Assembly (NCBI GenBank): GCA_049840735.1
Contig: JASGJN010000022.1
Location: forward strand, 64,001 to 128,000
Length of the DNA: 64,000 nucleotides
Direction of reading: 5' to 3'
From: Anaeromyxobacter sp.
Lineage (GTDB): Bacteria > Myxococcota > Myxococcia > Myxococcales > Anaeromyxobacteraceae
The position numbers were made by a program, and so were the translations under genes. Each line of letters starts with the position of its first letter. The stretch's first letter is position 1. This document shows positions 60,579 through 64,000 of the stretch, in pieces. The notes beneath the pieces were generated by a model. The model was not told the DNA's origin and did no database searches. It saw nothing but the letters and a program-made list of their open reading frames with translations.

Positions 60579-63500
60579 ATGATGAAGAAGTTGCTTGGCC
60601 TCCTGCGGATGGCGCCGCTTGCGTTGCTGTTCGCGAGCGTCGCTTCCGCACAGACCACCGGCACGATCATCGGTGTGGTGACCGATGGCGCGACCGGAAA
60701 GCCCGTCCCTGGAGCCGTGATCATCGCTCGTTCCCCGAACCTTCAGGGCGAGCAGACCGCGGTTTCCGATGACAAGGGCAACTACCGTATCCCCCAGCTG
60801 CCCCCTGGCAGCTACGTCCTGGCCGTCCAGATCGACGGCTACAAGCCGGCCGAGCGGTCCGACATCGTGCTGCGCCTCGACAAGACCATCCGCGCGAACA
60901 TCGCGGTGATCCCCGAGGCCGTGCAGATGGAGGAGCAGACCGTCCGCACCGGCTCCGCCCCCGTGGTCAACATCGGCAACGCCGAGTCCGGCGCGGTCGT
61001 GGCCCGCGAGTTCGTGGCCAACGTTCCCGTCGGCCGCACCGTCGAGTCCGTGACCGCGACCGTCCCCGCCGCCACCGTCGACAGCTACGGCGTCGGCTTC
61101 GCCGGCGCGCAGTCGCCCGAGAACGCCTACATCCTGGACGGCTTCAACGTGACCGACCCGGTGTACGGCACGTTCGGCGGCAACCCCGGCGGGCAGAACC
61201 CGCAGCAGACCCTGCTGACCAACTTCATGCAGGAGATCGACGTCAAGACCGGCGGCTTCGGCGCCGAGTACGGCCGCGCCACTGGCGGCGTGCTCAACAT
61301 GATCACGAAGTCGGGCTCCAACGAGTTCCACGGCTCCGTGTTCGCCAACTGGACGCCGCGCAACCTGACCCAGCCGGACGGCCAGGTGCAGGGCCGCACC
61401 GGTGAGGCCATCGGCTACTACTACAAGCCGAGCGAGGGTTCGTACGACCTCGACATGGGCTTCGAGCTCGGCGGCCCCATCATGAAGGACAAGCTCTGGT
61501 TCTACGCCGGCTTCGCGCCGGTCGTGACCAAGCGCACCACGGACCGGTTCTACCGGACCAACGTCCTCACCACGGACGCGGGCGCCGAGTGCGACCTGAC
61601 CAAGGACGATCCGTCGGGCCTGGACCGCTGCATCACCGCCAACGGTGACTACGTCCAGAACAAGGTGGCGGGCAGCGACGAGATCATCGACTCCGGCCGG
61701 ACCACGTACCAGATGACCGGCAAGCTGACCTACCTCTTCAACGAGAACCACAACCTGACCGTCGGCGGGTACGCCGCGCCGTCCAAGGACGAGGCCTTCG
61801 CCACGAACGTCTCCCCCGGCCAGCGCATCACCAAGACCGACGACAACATCTACGACGTGATCGGCCACTACGCCGGCAAGTTCCTCGACAAGCGCCTCAT
61901 CGTCGAGGCCACCGCCGGCTACCACCGGTCCACCACCAAGGACACCTCCGGCGCCGAGCTGCAGAGCACGCCGGTGCTCCGCTTCACCTCCAACCGCGCC
62001 CTCAACACCCTCGAGGACATGGGCGACATGGCCGGTGCCTGCGGCACCACTGCTGGCGAGCAGCTGCAGCGGTGCACCGTGAACCGGTACTGGCTGGGCG
62101 GCGTCGGCTACATGGCCGACAACCTCTCGACCCGCACCGCCGGCCGCCTGTCGGCCAGCTACCTGTTCGACGCCTTCGGCTCGCACAACGCCAAGGTCGG
62201 CATCGACGCCGAGCGGAACACGTTCAAGATCAGCAAGAACTACTCCGGCGGCGGCTTCTTCGAGCAGTCGGGCGCCAACGGCTACGCGACTGCGTACCGC
62301 GTCTACGGCCGCGTGATCGAGGGCGACGACGACCCGGTGAAGGACGGCATCACCAACTCCGGCGTCCGCAACCCGGCCGCCAACGCGTCCGGCTTCGTGA
62401 TGGAGGCCCTGTCCTCCACCTCGGTCAACACCAGCACCGCCATCTTCGCGCAGGACAGCTGGCAGCTGCCGGTGGCCAACCTGACCATCAACTACGGCCT
62501 CCGCTGGGAAGGCCAGAAGATGGAGAACCAGGACAACCCGAACTTCAACGGGTTCTCCATCAACAACAACTGGGCGCCCCGCCTCCAGGCGGTGTGGGAC
62601 TTCACCGGCAACGGCCGCGGCAAGGTGGCCGCCAGCTGGGGTCGGTTCTTCTACAACCTCCCGCTCGACCTGGGCGACCGCGCGTTCGGCCAGGAGACCC
62701 GCCTCAACATGCGGACCAGCCTCGCCAACTGCGGCGACTTCGGCGCGCTCAACACCGCCGGCCAGCTCTACAACTTCGACCCGAAGGCCATCCAGCCCGG
62801 CTCGGACACCTGCCCGATCGTGCAGCGCGGGACGGCGTCCAATCCGTTCAAGGTCATCCAGGGCGGCACGGCGGCCACGCCGGTCGATCCCGACCTCCAG
62901 GGCATCTACGTCGATCAGTACGGCGCGCAGGTGGAGTACGAGGTGCTGGCCGACCTCTCCGTCGGCGTCGAGTACTCTGCTCGCCGCCAGGGCACCTGGA
63001 TCGAGGACATGTCGCCGGACGACGGCAACCACTACTACCTCGGCAACCCCGGCAAGTCGGGCGAGTTCGAGATTGGTGACGACGGCTACACGACCACCAA
63101 GGGCTGCTCCGACCTCGCCCGCGAGGAGGGCCGCTGCCTGAGCTCTTCCTCGGTGACCGCCACCGACCCGGCCACCGGCCGCTCGATGGTCATCCAGTTC
63201 CCGAAGCCCACGCGCGACTACGACGGCTACACCGTCTTCGCCCGCAAGAACTTCTCGAAGAACTGGCTGGCGTCCGCGAGCTACACCTACTCGACCCTCA
63301 CCGGTAACCTGGCCGGCCCGTACCGTCCGGAGACCGGTCAGCTCGACCCGGGCCTCACCTCCGAGTACGACCTGGCGGCCCTCATGGCCAACCGCAAGGG
63401 CTGGCTGCCTGGCGATCAGCGCCACCAGCTGAAGCTCTACGGCTCCTACACGTATGTCGTGAACTCCCGCTTCAACCTCACCGGCGGCGCTGCCTACACC

Positions 63501-63965
63501 GGCAACTCCGGCTCTCCGGCGAGCGCCCTGGGCGGCGGCACCAACGACTACGGTCCGGGCGAGGCGTACGTCCTCCCGCGCGGCATGGGCGGCACCACCC
63601 CGTGGCTCAACAAGGTGGACCTCCACGGCGCGCTCGAGTACGTGGTCAAGCCGCCGTACGCGATCAAGTTCTCCGTGGACGTGTTCAACGTCCTGAACTC
63701 GCAGGAGACCATGACCGTCGACGAGAACTACACCTACGACGTCGTGCAGCCGATCGTGGGCCTCAAGTGCACCGGCAACGCGGTGTCTGCGGCGAACCCG
63801 TCGCAGGCGCTCCAGAACCAGTGCCCTGACCTCAAGTACCTCAAGACCATCGACGGCCGTCCGGCCACCGTGAACCCGAGCTGGGGTCGCGCGCTGGCCA
63901 ACGTTGGTCGTTCCGCCTACCAGGCCCCGCTCTCCATCCGGCTGGGCGTGCAGCTGGCCTTCTAG
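60579..63965 (+). CDS. oar: Oar-type TonB-dependent outer membrane transporter
   Basis: Signal peptide, N-terminal carboxypeptidase-regulatory-like extension, plug (GGFGAEYGRATGGVLNMITKSGSNEFHGS), C-terminal Phe; divergent from tonB-exbB-exbD-exbD. Confidence 0.88.
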   Translation: MMKKLLGLLRMAPLALLFASVASAQTTGTIIGVVTDGATGKPVPGAVIIARSPNLQGEQTAVSDDKGNYRIPQLPPGSYVLAVQIDGYKPAERSDIVLRLDKTIRANIAVIPEAVQMEEQTVRTGSAPVVNIGNAESGAVVAREFVANVPVGRTVESVTATVPAATVDSYGVGFAGAQSPENAYILDGFNVTDPVYGTFGGNPGGQNPQQTLLTNFMQEIDVKTGGFGAEYGRATGGVLNMITKSGSNEFHGSVFANWTPRNLTQPDGQVQGRTGEAIGYYYKPSEGSYDLDMGFELGGPIMKDKLWFYAGFAPVVTKRTTDRFYRTNVLTTDAGAECDLTKDDPSGLDRCITANGDYVQNKVAGSDEIIDSGRTTYQMTGKLTYLFNENHNLTVGGYAAPSKDEAFATNVSPGQRITKTDDNIYDVIGHYAGKFLDKRLIVEATAGYHRSTTKDTSGAELQSTPVLRFTSNRALNTLEDMGDMAGACGTTAGEQLQRCTVNRYWLGGVGYMADNLSTRTAGRLSASYLFDAFGSHNAKVGIDAERNTFKISKNYSGGGFFEQSGANGYATAYRVYGRVIEGDDDPVKDGITNSGVRNPAANASGFVMEALSSTSVNTSTAIFAQDSWQLPVANLTINYGLRWEGQKMENQDNPNFNGFSINNNWAPRLQAVWDFTGNGRGKVAASWGRFFYNLPLDLGDRAFGQETRLNMRTSLANCGDFGALNTAGQLYNFDPKAIQPGSDTCPIVQRGTASNPFKVIQGGTAATPVDPDLQGIYVDQYGAQVEYEVLADLSVGVEYSARRQGTWIEDMSPDDGNHYYLGNPGKSGEFEIGDDGYTTTKGCSDLAREEGRCLSSSSVTATDPATGRSMVIQFPKPTRDYDGYTVFARKNFSKNWLASASYTYSTLTGNLAGPYRPETGQLDPGLTSEYDLAALMANRKGWLPGDQRHQLKLYGSYTYVVNSRFNLTGGAAYTGNSGSPASALGGGTNDYGPGEAYVLPRGMGGTTPWLNKVDLHGALEYVVKPPYAIKFSVDVFNVLNSQETMTVDENYTYDVVQPIVGLKCTGNAVSAANPSQALQNQCPDLKYLKTIDGRPATVNPSWGRALANVGRSAYQAPLSIRLGVQLAF

Positions 63966-63985
63966 GCCCGACGGGAGAAACCAAC

Positions 63986-64000
63986 ATGAGCAAGAATCAG
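63986..64000 (+). CDS. Start of the next gene (MSKNQ...), truncated by the window edge
   Basis: GGGAG RBS and ATG 20 bp after the receptor stop. Confidence 0.5.

Noticed and set aside
7601..63626. Very long antisense or alternate-frame ORFs (e.g. 7601..11251, 8997..12827, 32290..35937, 35894..39433, 60429..63626)
   Set aside because: Shadow ORFs expected at this GC content; they are Arg/Gly/Pro-rich and overlap well-supported genes.

Overview
Very high-GC window of a myxobacterial chromosome. The gene content and order (aglZ-like, frgA-like, pccB, methylmalonyl-CoA mutase, oar/tonB/exbB/exbD) point to an Anaeromyxobacter-like organism; this is inferred from protein recognition, not from a search. 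About 45 CDSs are supportable: core genes (hemW, prmA, rsmE, acyl-CoA carboxylase subunits, mutase, yhbY, RluA-type synthase), a roughly 24 kb signalling/lipid accessory block between pccB and the biotin carboxylase, and a divergent Oar-type TonB-dependent receptor / TonB-ExbB-ExbD-ExbD locus. About 16 single-base frameshifts interrupt ordinary genes, and most sit on GATC or CCATC/GATGG, which looks like methylation-linked read error rather than pseudogenisation. The most interesting non-coding signals are three. (1) A candidate sigma54-driven, four-hairpin sRNA with C-rich loops at about 2003-2297. (2) Just downstream, an 11 x 20 bp G-rich array, a G tract and an HNH nuclease gene bracketed by identical 23 bp hairpin-forming direct repeats. 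(3) A dispersed REP-like family with a covarying internal hairpin, whose CCGTTCG/CGAACGG end coincides with the boundary of three independent tandem amplifications (305, 41 and 14 bp units). I found no CRISPR array, tRNA or rRNA.
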